Source: Candidatus Kapaibacteriota bacterium | GTDB taxonomy: Bacteria > Bacteroidota > Ignavibacteria > OLB7 | Length of the DNA stretch: 64,000 bases | Reading direction: 5' to 3' | Assembly: GCA_048594725.1 (NCBI GenBank) | Contig: JBMDXA010000018.1 | Coordinates: 10,055-74,054, forward strand | Part shown: positions 9,179-19,312 of the stretch, piece after piece | How the letters are laid out: every line of letters begins with the position of its first letter | Numbering within the stretch: position 1 is the stretch's first letter | Position numbers and translations under genes: made by a program | Notes under the pieces: generated by a model | Told to the model about the DNA's origin: nothing | The model's database searches: none | The model's input: the letters and a program-made list of their open reading frames with translations, nothing else

Positions 9179-9370
9179 TCACTTCTTGCGGCTCAAGGCC
9201 AGGAACAGGGTTCCGAGCGTTATCAGCATGGTTCCGGAGACAAGGATCACCAGAGAGGGCCCCAATTCCCCCTCCATTCCGATCCGTACCATCGCGAAGA
9301 TCTCGATCAGGATGCCCAGAACGAGCATGACGATGGAGATGATTTTAAGCTGCGGTGCGGCCTCGTTCAT
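9179..9370 (-). CDS. Small (63 aa) two-TM membrane protein, hypothetical
   Basis: MNEAAPQLKIISIVMLVLGILIEIFAMVRIG...LVILVSGTMLITLGTLFLALSRKK. Strongly GC3-biased codons. Same strand as cdaA, about 310 bp upstream. Confidence 0.4.
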   Translation of the reverse strand: MNEAAPQLKIISIVMLVLGILIEIFAMVRIGMEGELGPSLVILVSGTMLITLGTLFLALSRKK

Positions 9371-9470
9371 AGACTACTCTCCCGATACTGGATGATGCTC
9401 CCGTGCGGCGCCCTGCACCGGCGGGAGCGGATATGCCACGAACAGTTCCCATGGTTTAGTTACCACGGTT

Positions 9471-9965
9471 TCAAGGGAACCGTAGATCCTTCAGATAGAC
9501 CCCGTACGGAACACCGAGGAGCGAAGGGGCGTCATGGCTGAATTCAAAGCCCATCCGCTGGTACATCCCCAGAGCCACATTCATCATCGGCGTGGTGTGC
9601 AGGGCGATGGCCCCCACGCCGTCGCGCCGGGCACGGCGGATGCATTCCTCTACCAGCGCGCGCCCGATGCCGTGCCCGCGAAAAGCGGGGTCCACCGCCA
9701 GCATGCGCACCACCGACCATTCCGGCTGGAAGAAGCTGCTCCGTGGCCTGCCGGGCCCCACATATACCACCGCTCCGGCAAGGCGGTCTCCGGCATCCGC
9801 CACGATCAGCTCACCGGTTTCCGTAAGAGAGGACATCTTCGCGATATTGCCCGCAAGCGCCGGCCAGTCGGAATAGGCCTCGCGGTACTGTTCATAGGCC
9901 GCCAGGGCAATCCGGTTGACCGCGGCATCATCGTCCGGACGAAATTCTCTGAGCTGGTACTGCAT
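9471..9965 (-). CDS. GNAT family N-acetyltransferase
   Basis: Acetyl-CoA-binding motif region VVRMLAVDPAFRGHGIGRALVEECIRRARRDGVGAIALHT. Confidence 0.8.
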   Translation of the reverse strand: MQYQLREFRPDDDAAVNRIALAAYEQYREAYSDWPALAGNIAKMSSLTETGELIVADAGDRLAGAVVYVGPGRPRSSFFQPEWSVVRMLAVDPAFRGHGIGRALVEECIRRARRDGVGAIALHTTPMMNVALGMYQRMGFEFSHDAPSLLGVPYGVYLKDLRFP

Positions 9966-10142
9966 GGGGTCGGGGCAACAATTGGGCGGAACGATAAAAC
10001 CTTCCAGGCGTCGGGGCAGTGGCCTGAAAGGTTCATCATGAAGCGCGCGGATATCACCGCCGGAGCTACCCGGCCGTGCACGGCATATTCTATCACGGAG
10101 GCGGCATACCGGGCCGCCCGGCGCAGCGGTTGCCGGAGGAGC

Positions 10143-11117
10143 CTAGAGCCCTCCGGTGACCCCGCTCTCCTCGTAGGCGCGGATGATCTCCTTGACCAGG
10201 CGATGGCGCACCACGTCGGCCTTCTCGAAGTAGGTGAAGCCGATGCCATCGATCCCCTGAAGGATGCTCTCGGCCTGCACCAGACCGCTCTCCACGTTCC
10301 TGGGCAGATCGATCTGGGTAAGATCTCCCGTGATGATCGCGCGGCTGTTGGCGCCGAGACGGGTCAGGAACATCTTCATCTGCATGGTCGTGGCGTTCTG
10401 CGCCTCGTCGAGAATCACAAACGCGTTATTGAGCGTGCGGCCGCGCATATACGCCAGCGGCACCACCTCGATCCCCCGCTTCTCCATCATCGACTTCAGC
10501 TTCTCCGAGGGGATCATATCGTCCAGCGCATCATAGAGCGGGCGGAGATACGGATCGATCTTCTCCTTGAGATCTCCCGGAAGAAACCCGAGGCTCTCCC
10601 CGGCTTCCACCGCCGGGCGTGCCAGCACCAGCTTGTTCACTTCGCGGTTGCGGAACGCGGCCACCGCCATCGCCACGGCGAGGTAGGTTTTGCCGGTACC
10701 GGCCGGGCCGATGGCGAAGACGATATCGTTCTCGCGCACCTTGCGATAATAATCCTTCTGGCGATCGCCACGGGCCTTCACCACGTTCTCCTTGCCGAAG
10801 AGGATCACCTCATCGAGGTTCTGCCCCTGAAGCTGCTGCTGCTGCTCGGCCTTGCCCCCGGCCACCAGATCGATAATCATCTCGACATCCTTCGGCAGAA
10901 GCGACCCATTGCGCTGCACCATGTAGATCATCTCGTTGATGATCTTCTCGATGGAAGCGGTTTCGGCCGGCTCGCCACGCAGGACCACCGTATCGCCACG
11001 CACCGTCACGGTGGTATCGAAGCGGCTTTCGAGCACGTTCAGATTGGCATCATTGAATCCCAGAAATGCAAGCTGGTCGATGCCGCCCAGTTTGATCTTT
11101 TTCTCGACTATCTCCAT
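10143..11117 (-). CDS. phoH: PhoH-like ATPase
   Basis: Walker A FAIGPAGTGKTYLAVAMAV. LARPAVEAGESLGFLPGDLKEKIDPYLRPLYDAL...VILDEAQNATTMQMKMFLTRLG is the PhoH/YbeZ signature. Confidence 0.9.
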   Translation of the reverse strand: MEIVEKKIKLGGIDQLAFLGFNDANLNVLESRFDTTVTVRGDTVVLRGEPAETASIEKIINEMIYMVQRNGSLLPKDVEMIIDLVAGGKAEQQQQLQGQNLDEVILFGKENVVKARGDRQKDYYRKVRENDIVFAIGPAGTGKTYLAVAMAVAAFRNREVNKLVLARPAVEAGESLGFLPGDLKEKIDPYLRPLYDALDDMIPSEKLKSMMEKRGIEVVPLAYMRGRTLNNAFVILDEAQNATTMQMKMFLTRLGANSRAIITGDLTQIDLPRNVESGLVQAESILQGIDGIGFTYFEKADVVRHRLVKEIIRAYEESGVTGGL

Positions 11118-11239
11118 GTATCAAAGATATATAATGAGAATGACTCCTCCTTCAGATACGCCGGAGCCGATACGGAAAAGCTCCCCGGGAGAGTTCTCCC
11201 GGAGAGCTTTCACTCCACTATCGATGACGCGGCAGCCGA

Positions 11240-12052
11240 TTAGCGATTGCCACTTCCGGCGTCCTGCTGGTCCACCTGCTGCTGGCGTTCGGTAGCCACG
11301 CGGCGGGTTGCCATCCGCTTCTTGCGGTAATAGAGGCGCTCGGCGCGAAGTTCCTCATCGGACTTCGGACCGGCCGGCGGGATCGTCAGAACCTGTCCCG
11401 GATAGATGATGTCCGGGTTGCGGATCTGGTCCATGTTCGCCACGTAGATCTTCGACCACATCAGCGGATCGTTGTAGATCTGCTCCTTGCCGGCGATGTT
11501 CCAGAGGCAGTCACGGTCCTGCGCCCAGGTGCCGACGGTGTAGGTGTTGCTACGGGCACGGCCACGGATGCTGTTGATCTCGCGGGCGACCTCGATGATC
11601 TTGTTATAGAACTCCGGCAGCACTGCCAGGCGCTCGCGGCGCATGGCGTTGAGCTGCGACTCCAGCGTGGCAAGCTCCGGGAGCATGCTGCCGATCTGGT
11701 CGTCGCTCATGCGGCCGATCTCACGTACGCGCGATTCGATACGCCCGAGCCTCTCGCGGAAGTTGCGAACATCGGCCTCGGTGGCGCCCACAAGAGCGTA
11801 CAGCTCCTCGTTGCAGCGGCGCGTATCGTTCATCATCTGCGTCATCTGCGAGTTGAGCGTGGAGGTCTCGGTCTCAAGACCGGCAAGCTCGCTCTGCAGC
11901 GTGTTGACGCGATTGGTGAACTCGGTGATGCGGGCTTCCGCTTCGGTCTTGGTGAGATCCTCGTCGCGCTTGTTCGGGTCAACCACCGGCGGCTGCGCAA
12001 AGAGCGGAGCCGTAATCAGTACGGCCGCCATCGAGAGGATGAATTTCTTCAT
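11240..12052 (-). CDS. Secreted coiled-coil protein with C-terminal LysM-like domain
   Basis: Signal peptide MKKFILSMAAVLITAPLFAQ (start at the cat at 12050-12052). Long coiled-coil region. C-terminal ...IYNDPLMWSKIYVANMDQIRNPDIIYPGQVLTIP is LysM-like. Confidence 0.65.
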   Translation of the reverse strand: MKKFILSMAAVLITAPLFAQPPVVDPNKRDEDLTKTEAEARITEFTNRVNTLQSELAGLETETSTLNSQMTQMMNDTRRCNEELYALVGATEADVRNFRERLGRIESRVREIGRMSDDQIGSMLPELATLESQLNAMRRERLAVLPEFYNKIIEVAREINSIRGRARSNTYTVGTWAQDRDCLWNIAGKEQIYNDPLMWSKIYVANMDQIRNPDIIYPGQVLTIPPAGPKSDEELRAERLYYRKKRMATRRVATERQQQVDQQDAGSGNR

Positions 12053-12096
12053 ATTAAGATATCTCCAGTTTGTTTCAGCTAATGAGTGGATGTGGA

Positions 12097-12423
12097 TTAA
12101 CGACGGGGAGCCGACTGAGTCCCCGAAGCGACCGTATCCTTCCAGTCCGGCCATACATCAGGCCACTGGGAGAGCTTCCCCTGGACAAACGCCTTGTCCT
12201 GGTTGCAACGGTCGAGTTCAGCCCGACGATTGTTAATCTCACCCTGGAGACGGGTTCTTTCATCCCTCTTGGCACGCACCTGCTGGGTCAGCGTCTGCTC
12301 CTGCTGCCGCAGCTCGCGAAGCCGTGCGAGCTGCTCCTCCGTGATCTTGTTCGAGCAGCTTGCGAGCGTCGCGGCACTCGCGACCGCCACCACGAGTGCT
12401 CCATACCGCAGTGCTTGTTTCAT
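12097..12423 (-). CDS. Hypothetical lipoprotein (coiled-coil)
   Basis: Signal peptide plus lipobox MKQALRYGALVVAVASAATLASC, followed by a charged coiled-coil sequence. Confidence 0.5.
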   Translation of the reverse strand: MKQALRYGALVVAVASAATLASCSNKITEEQLARLRELRQQEQTLTQQVRAKRDERTRLQGEINNRRAELDRCNQDKAFVQGKLSQWPDVWPDWKDTVASGTQSAPRR

Positions 12424-12891
12424 TAAGATTCCTCCTCAGTATTTGGATCGGTTATGTGAGAGTCGGTTCAAAAGTACATGTCGAGCGATTCACCGACAAA
12501 CACCACGCCAACTCATCAGTACGCTATCCGCTAGACACCATTCCATGGGAATGTAACGTTGGGGCTTGTGGTCAACATCGTCTGAGACGACAGACCCATT
12601 ACGCACGTTGGCTATATCGGAGATCGCGAATTTGTCTTAACAACGAAACCCCATTCGCGGAAGTTAGCGCCCGCATTTTGCGCGATAATACGAAATCCGA
12701 TCTTAACGGGAATTATGCGCATTTTTTATTACAGTTCCAGAGGAGTTTCGCCAACCCGCCGATACAGGGATCATCGCTTTTCCCGCCCCGCTGCGGGCCC
12801 ATCCCCAGTGCTCCGGCGCCATCGGTGGCGGCAGAGCGGTGGAATCTCCTGAAGCATGTTCGGCTCCGCAGAGAGAGGTAGAAAAAAAGGA

Positions 12892-12922
12892 GGGAGCGAT
12901 CTGATGTTCGCCGATCGCTCCC
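12892..12922 (-). terminator. Rho-independent terminator ending the ABC efflux operon (bidirectional hairpin)
   Basis: GGGAGCGATC-tgatgttcgcc-GATCGCTCCC, a perfect 10-bp stem. On the minus strand it is followed by TCCTTTTTTTC, on the plus strand by TTTT. It lies 55 nt downstream of the permease stop at 12979. Confidence 0.5.
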
Positions 12923-12978
12923 TTTTCATCATTCCAATTCCGGACTCCCCGGCCCCGTGTCTCCCTCCCCTCTTCCCC

Positions 12979-14208
12979 CTACTCGTATCGCAGCGCCTCG
13001 ATAGGATCGAGCCGCGACGCGCGCCACGCCGGATAGATGCCGAACAGCAGGCCGATGGCCGTGCAGCTGCCGATGGAGATCCCCACCCAGTCCCACGGCA
13101 CCGGAGGTGTTACTTGAAGCAGCGCCCCCATCGCCAGCCCGCCGAACAGCCCTATCCCGATGCCGATCAGCGCGCCAAGCTGGCAGAGCGTCACCGCCTC
13201 GATGATGAACTGCCCGAGGATATCGCCGCTTGTGGCTCCAACGGCCTTGCGTACACCGATCTCCCTCGTCCGTTCCTTCACCGACACCAGCATGATATTC
13301 ATGATCCCCACACCGGCGGCCACCAGCGCGATGCCGCCGCAGACCAGGCCGAAGATGGAGATATACTGGGTGAAGCCGCCGAACGTCTCGCTGATCGATT
13401 CGTTGGTGAGCACTTCGAAATCGTTTTCCTCTCCGATCTCCACCCCTCGTATCGCGCGGAGAATCCCTATCCCCTGCCCCATCGTCTCGTCGAGATCGGC
13501 CACCGACCGGGCCCTGACATTGATGCTGGTGGAGGTAGTCCATTCATCGAAGAAATACTTCGCGGCGCTGGTGATCGGCACCAGCACAACCTCGTCCTGG
13601 CTCTGGCCGAACACCGCCCCCTTGGCCGCCAGCACGCCGATGACGGTGTAGCGGTGGCTGTTCACCGAAAACGCCTTCCCCAGCGGGGAGCGGTTACCGA
13701 AGAGCTTTCCGGCGATCTCCGCGCCGATCACCGCCACGTCGCTCCGCAACTGCACATCCTGCGCGGTAAGGTTGCGCCCCTGCGCCATGGCGTAGTCCGC
13801 GTTGACGATGAACGCCTCGTCCCCGCCGTAGATATCCACGCTGGGATCGGTGGCGATACCTTCATACTTGGCGATGCCGCCGATGATCTGGTTTATAAGG
13901 CCGATGTTCTCGGCCGAGGTAAGCCTGCGCTTGAACTCCAGCGCCTGGCGGAGCGTGATATCCTTGCGTTCGCGGTAGCGGCGCCTGGAGTTGCCGAACT
14001 CCACCCCGGGATCTTTCTGGATGATAAAGGAGTTGCGGCCGAACGCCGAGAGCTGGTCGTCCACCTTCGCCTCCAGCGCTCCCACCGCAGCGGCCACCCC
14101 CACGATGGCGAACACGCCGATAGCTATCGAGAGCAGCGTCAGACCGGCGCGCAGCTTGTTGCCGCCGATCGACTGCACCGCCATTCTTACCGATTCGGTT
14201 ACGTTCAT
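12979..14208 (-). CDS. ABC transporter permease, FtsX/MacB-like
   Basis: N-terminal TM (LRAGLTLLSIAIGVFAIVGVAAAV), large periplasmic domain, three C-terminal TMs. ...GVGIMNIMLVSVKERTREIGVRKAVGATSGDIL is the FtsX-family motif. Confidence 0.85.
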   Translation of the reverse strand: MNVTESVRMAVQSIGGNKLRAGLTLLSIAIGVFAIVGVAAAVGALEAKVDDQLSAFGRNSFIIQKDPGVEFGNSRRRYRERKDITLRQALEFKRRLTSAENIGLINQIIGGIAKYEGIATDPSVDIYGGDEAFIVNADYAMAQGRNLTAQDVQLRSDVAVIGAEIAGKLFGNRSPLGKAFSVNSHRYTVIGVLAAKGAVFGQSQDEVVLVPITSAAKYFFDEWTTSTSINVRARSVADLDETMGQGIGILRAIRGVEIGEENDFEVLTNESISETFGGFTQYISIFGLVCGGIALVAAGVGIMNIMLVSVKERTREIGVRKAVGATSGDILGQFIIEAVTLCQLGALIGIGIGLFGGLAMGALLQVTPPVPWDWVGISIGSCTAIGLLFGIYPAWRASRLDPIEALRYE

Positions 14209-14232
14209 CCTTGCACTCCAACGTTATCTGCG

Positions 14233-15447
14233 TTACTCCGCGCGAAGAGCGTCCACCGGGTCCATTCGCGCGCCGCGATATGCCGGAATGATACCCGCCA
14301 GCACCCCCACGAACGCCGAGACCATCACGGCGATCGCCACCTGGGCGGGGGGAATGATCGGGCTGAGAAAATCGAGATCGTACGCATCCTTCAACCAGGT
14401 GGCGCCGAAGTAGGCGGCCACCGAGGTGATCGCCAGCGCTATCAGCGAGCCGAGAAGACAGAGCACCACCGCCTCCACCAGAAACTGCAGCAGGATGCGC
14501 CTGCGCGTGGCCCCCAGCGCCTTGCGGATGCCGATCTCCTTGGTGCGCTCGGTCACCGAGACGAACATGATGTTCATGATGCCGATGGAGCCCACCAGAA
14601 ACGAAAGCCCGGTCAGCGCAAGGCCCACGCCGAAGACGATAAAGCGGAGCTGCGCGGTCTGGTCGCGAAACGCCTGCTGCGTGTTCACCGCGAAGTCGTC
14701 CTTCTGCCCCGGCGCCAGCGATCGCACCTGGCGCATCACACCGATGGTCTCGTACTTCACCTCCTCCACCTTGTCCACTCCACCCGCCTTCACGTTGATG
14801 GTGATGCGGGTGTTGGTGCCATACATCGAGAAGAATTTCTTGATCGGGATCAGGATCTGGTTGTCCACGAAATCCATCCCGAGCGCGCCGCGCTTCGGCA
14901 TCACGCCGATCACCGTAAACGGCGTCCCGTCGATACGGATCGTCTTGCCGATGGGGTCCACAGCGGAGAAAAGATGATCGGCGGTCACCGGTCCGAGCAC
15001 GGCCACACCGGCGGCGCCTTCATCCTCCATCGGCGTGAAGAACCGTCCTCCCCCCATGTTCCCTCCCAGCATATCGTTGTACTGGCTGGTAACGCCCAGG
15101 GTGGCGGTGCCGCTCAACTGGATGGTGCCGTAATCCACCTTGTACGCCCCCCGCCGTGTGGTGGGGAGCACATACTCCGGCGATTCCAGCCGCTGCGCCA
15201 CCTTCAGGAACTGGTTGTAGTTGATGTTCTTCCGGTTGCGGGCCTCCATCCAGTTTCCCTGCCCGGTCCAGTCGTACTTGTCCACGTAGAGGATATCATC
15301 GCCGAAGATATCGAGCGTATCCTCGAGAGCGGTATCCAGCCCCGTCAGCAGCCACCCCATGATAAGCACGGTGGTAATGCCGATCACGACGCCGAGCGTT
15401 GTCAGCACCGCCCGCATCTTGTTCGCGGTCAGCGCCGCGAATGCCAT
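14233..15447 (-). CDS. ABC transporter permease, FtsX/MacB-like (second copy)
   Basis: Same architecture. SIGIMNIMFVSVTERTKEIGIRKALGATRRRIL. Confidence 0.85.
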   Translation of the reverse strand: MAFAALTANKMRAVLTTLGVVIGITTVLIMGWLLTGLDTALEDTLDIFGDDILYVDKYDWTGQGNWMEARNRKNINYNQFLKVAQRLESPEYVLPTTRRGAYKVDYGTIQLSGTATLGVTSQYNDMLGGNMGGGRFFTPMEDEGAAGVAVLGPVTADHLFSAVDPIGKTIRIDGTPFTVIGVMPKRGALGMDFVDNQILIPIKKFFSMYGTNTRITINVKAGGVDKVEEVKYETIGVMRQVRSLAPGQKDDFAVNTQQAFRDQTAQLRFIVFGVGLALTGLSFLVGSIGIMNIMFVSVTERTKEIGIRKALGATRRRILLQFLVEAVVLCLLGSLIALAITSVAAYFGATWLKDAYDLDFLSPIIPPAQVAIAVMVSAFVGVLAGIIPAYRGARMDPVDALRAE

Positions 15448-15474
15448 CTTTATGCTTTCTATAAGGGAGTTCAG

Positions 15475-15505
15475 GGGAATTTTCGATTTTCGATTGACGA
15501 TTTCA
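15475..15505. repeat. Copy of the CGAAAAT-heptamer repeat family inside the efflux operon
   Basis: ggggAATTTTCGATTTTCGATTgaCGATTTC, in the 111-bp gap between the ATPase stop and the permease start. Confidence 0.5.
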
Positions 15506-15558
15506 GATCGGGCAGAAACATCCGTGATCCACGGACTACCGACAGCCGGCGAAGCCTG

Positions 15559-16320
<762 letters not shown>

Positions 16321-16322
16321 CG

Positions 16323-17702
16323 CTACTCTTTCCCGGAGTTTTTATCCCGCTCCAGTTTCGTCACCTGCTCGCCATTCTTCAGATCCTTCGTGATGGCCTT
16401 GTAAGGCCCGCTCACCACGATATCTCCGGCTTTCAGGCCGCTCTTGATCTCGATATACTGATCGTCGCGGATGCCGGTCTCCACCTGGCGGGCATGCACC
16501 ACGGTTCCCTCCTGCACAAAGACGATCGGCTTCGGGCGCTCATCGCGTTGCGCGCGCACCAGCGCCGTGTTGGTGACCCCCTCCGGCTGCTCGGCCTCGT
16601 CGTCGGCAGCGGTGGAATCCTCCTCGCGCGTGGTAACCGACTGGATGGGCACGGCCACCACATTCGGCCTGGAATCGGTGCGAACGGTTGAAACCACGGT
16701 CATGCCGGGACGGAAGCGCTCATCGGGGGAGATGAAGCGGAGGCGCACCTCGAAGTTGGTGAGCTGCTCCTGTGTTCCCACCCCGCTCTGCTTCGGGGAG
16801 TTGGCGATACGGCTTACCACCGCCAGGAACTTCTGGTTCGGCAGTGCATCCACCTCCACCTCGGCGGTATCTCCCATCGAGACCTGCACCACATCGGTTT
16901 CCGAGACATCCACCACCGACTCGATCACGGAGAGATCGGCCACGGTCATGATCTCGGTGCCGGTCATCTGAATGGCTCCCACCACCTTTTCGCCGAGCTT
17001 GGAGTTGAGCTTCGTCACCACGCCGGAGATCGGGGAGGTGATGGTGGTTTTGCCGAGCGATTCGCGGATCTGGCGGTAGCTGGCCTGCGCCTCATCCACC
17101 TGGAACTTTGCGGCATCCACCTCGGCCTGGCTGATATTGACCTGTGCCTGCGCGGCCTCCAGATCCTGATCGGTGGCGAGCTTCTTCTCATGCAGCTGGC
17201 TCAGGCGGGCCAGATCCTGCTGGTTGCGCAAGAGCGATGCGCGCGACTGCGCCTGGCGGGCCTTCGAGGCGGCGATACCTGCCTCGGCCTGCTGCACCTG
17301 CGCCGCGAACGACTCCGGATTGATCCTGACCAGCACCTGTCCCTTCTTCACGCTCTCCCCCTCCTTTGCCCCCAGAAAGATGATCTCGCCGCTGACTTCC
17401 GGGGAGATCTTCACCTGGGTTTCCGGGTCCACCACGCCGGTGGCGGTCACCGTCTGCACGATCGTGCGGGCCATGACCTTTTCGGTCTCCACCGGAGTTC
17501 CCTCCGTCTTCTTCCCTCCCATCACCACCATCACCACGATCAGGGCCAGCACGAGCAGACCGATGATGGCGATGACGGGCCCCTTGCGGGATTTCTTCTT
17601 CCGCCTGACGGTGGCCCCGGCGGCATCATGCCCGCCGGCCGGTTCCCCGGCTGCCGCATTCCGTTTCCGCCTGAGCTCTTCTGATATGCGTGAATCTGCC
17701 AT
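16323..17702 (-). CDS. Efflux transporter periplasmic adaptor subunit (HlyD/MacA family)
   Basis: N-terminal [20 protein letters not shown], then ...[45 protein letters not shown] (biotin-lipoyl-like) and coiled-coil hairpin. Start chosen at MADSRISEE (cat at 17700-17702). The ORF-track extension to 17963 translates the heptamer repeat (FRFSILDFRLGRG...) and is rejected. Confidence 0.85.
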   Translation of the reverse strand: MADSRISEELRRKRNAAAGEPAGGHDAAGATVRRKKKSRKGPVIAIIGLLVLALIVVMVVMGGKKTEGTPVETEKVMARTIVQTVTATGVVDPETQVKISPEVSGEIIFLGAKEGESVKKGQVLVRINPESFAAQVQQAEAGIAASKARQAQSRASLLRNQQDLARLSQLHEKKLATDQDLEAAQAQVNISQAEVDAAKFQVDEAQASYRQIRESLGKTTITSPISGVVTKLNSKLGEKVVGAIQMTGTEIMTVADLSVIESVVDVSETDVVQVSMGDTAEVEVDALPNQKFLAVVSRIANSPKQSGVGTQEQLTNFEVRLRFISPDERFRPGMTVVSTVRTDSRPNVVAVPIQSVTTREEDSTAADDEAEQPEGVTNTALVRAQRDERPKPIVFVQEGTVVHARQVETGIRDDQYIEIKSGLKAGDIVVSGPYKAITKDLKNGEQVTKLERDKNSGKE

Positions 17703-17826
17703 GCTGATATAGGACTGAATGCTTGGTGCTAGGTTCTTGTATGTAGTACTTGCTGCCTGAAAAAACCGCCGGGGATGAGCGCGGGGAAAGGGCCGGTTGT
17801 CCGTTCGAGGGCCTGACCACAATCTT

Positions 17827-17959
17827 CCCCAATCGAAAATCTCTCCCCAATCGTCCCCCTCTTCCCAATCGAAAATCCAAAATCGAAAATCGAAAATTCC
17901 CCCTCTTCCAATCCTCCCTCTTCCCAATCGAAAATCCAAAATCGAAAATCGAAAATCCC
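17827..17959. repeat. Largest block of the CGAAAAT-heptamer repeat family (about 50-bp unit duplicated)
   Basis: ccccAATCGAAAATCtctccccaatcgtccccctcttcccAATCGAAAATCCAAAATCGAAAATCGAAAATtccccctcttccaatcctccctcttcccAATCGAAAATCCAAAATCGAAAATCGAAAATccc. It fills most of the tolC-macA intergenic region and abuts the tolC stop (rc tca at 17960-17962). Confidence 0.8.
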
Positions 17960-19312
17960 TCACTCTCCCACCTGGTAGCGGATCTCGAAGATCGCCATGC
18001 GGTAATTGAACACCGCGTTCACCTGGTTGATCTGGGCGGTAAGGTACTGGTTGTTTGCCAGAAGGTAATCCGAATAACTTCCCGCTCCCAGCCTGAAGCG
18101 CTCGTCGGAGGCGTAGCGGCTCTGGCGGGTGGCGGCCACCGCCTTCTCGGCCGCGCGCAACTGCCGCTCGGCCCCTTCCAGGCGTGCGATCGACTGCTGA
18201 AGCTGCGAGCGCGCATCAAGCTCCAATCGTCTCAACTCTATCTCCGCCGACTGGCGTTGCGCCTCGGCAAGCTCCACCTGTTCGCTGGTACGGAACCCGT
18301 CGAACGGGGTGAACTGGAAATTGAGACCGAACTGGGTGTTGGCGCTTCCATCGGTTGCACCGGCCTTCTGCCAGTACCAGCCGAGCGATGTGGAGATGGT
18401 GGGATAATACCCGGAGCGCGCCACGGTGACGGAGCTTTTGGCCGCCTCCACCCGCAGCCGCGCGGCCTGCAGATCGGCACGGGTACGCCGCTGCGATTCC
18501 AGCATCATCTCCAGCGTTCCGAACTGCCCCCTGGTACGGGTCATCTCGGCCGAATCGATGCTGTTGGCAAGCCCCTCGGAGGAGAGCTGCACCTGCGTAG
18601 CCGGATCATAATTCAACAGAAGCTGAAGGTTGTTGCGCGCTATCAGCGCATCGGTGCGGGACTGCTCCAGCGAAAGCTCCGCATTGGCGACCTCCGCCTC
18701 CTGCGAGTAGACCACGCCGATCTGCGCCGCCCCCGCATCGACCAGCGCGCGGTTCTGCGCAAGCCGCTCGCCGGCCAGCTCCAGATCGGCCTCCCGTATC
18801 TCGATAAGCTGCTCGGCGCGCAGCGCGTTCAGAAAGGCGCTCCGTGCCTGCCAGCTTACATCCTGGCGGGTGCGCGCAAGGCTCTGCAGCGAGGCATCGA
18901 ACGATGCACGGGCGTTGCTGTAGCTGGCGGTGCGATTGAACCCGTCGAAGAGCACCAGGCTGGCGCCGGCCGAAGCATCGTAGCTGTAATCGGGACGGCC
19001 GGTCTGAAGGGGGATTCCCTGCACGATCACCGTGGGATCATCGCTGAGCTGCTTGGCGTAACCGCTGTTGATGCTGATCTGCGGAAGGAACGCGCCGAAG
19101 GCACCGGTCACCCGCGCCGAGGAGGTCTCCACCTGCGACTGCGAGAGCGCAACCGAGAGATTCCGTTCCAGCGCAAGCTCCACGGCCTGATCGATCGTGA
19201 GGGTTCTGGGAGGCCCGCCACCCGGCACCTGCGAGAATGCCCCGGCGGAACCTGCTACTATACCTATCGCAAGAAGAAAAGCCTGTGCGGCTCGTGTTGG
19301 TCGGTCCATCAT
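17960..19312 (-). CDS. TolC-family outer membrane efflux protein
   Basis: Signal peptide MMDRPTRAAQAFLLAIGIVAGSAGAFSQ. ...LTIDQAVELALERNLSVALSQSQVE... and internally duplicated coiled-coil/beta-barrel repeats typical of TolC/OprM. Confidence 0.85.
   Translation of the reverse strand: MMDRPTRAAQAFLLAIGIVAGSAGAFSQVPGGGPPRTLTIDQAVELALERNLSVALSQSQVETSSARVTGAFGAFLPQISINSGYAKQLSDDPTVIVQGIPLQTGRPDYSYDASAGASLVLFDGFNRTASYSNARASFDASLQSLARTRQDVSWQARSAFLNALRAEQLIEIREADLELAGERLAQNRALVDAGAAQIGVVYSQEAEVANAELSLEQSRTDALIARNNLQLLLNYDPATQVQLSSEGLANSIDSAEMTRTRGQFGTLEMMLESQRRTRADLQAARLRVEAAKSSVTVARSGYYPTISTSLGWYWQKAGATDGSANTQFGLNFQFTPFDGFRTSEQVELAEAQRQSAEIELRRLELDARSQLQQSIARLEGAERQLRAAEKAVAATRQSRYASDERFRLGAGSYSDYLLANNQYLTAQINQVNAVFNYRMAIFEIRYQVGE

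Noticed and set aside
16323-17963. Full-length 546-aa version of the adaptor-subunit ORF, starting at 17963.
   Set aside because: The first 87 codons translate the CGAAAAT heptamer repeat (FRFSILDFRLGRGRIGRGGIFDFRFWIFDW...). A proper start MADSRISEE at 17702 precedes the TM anchor. The extension is an ORF-calling artefact.
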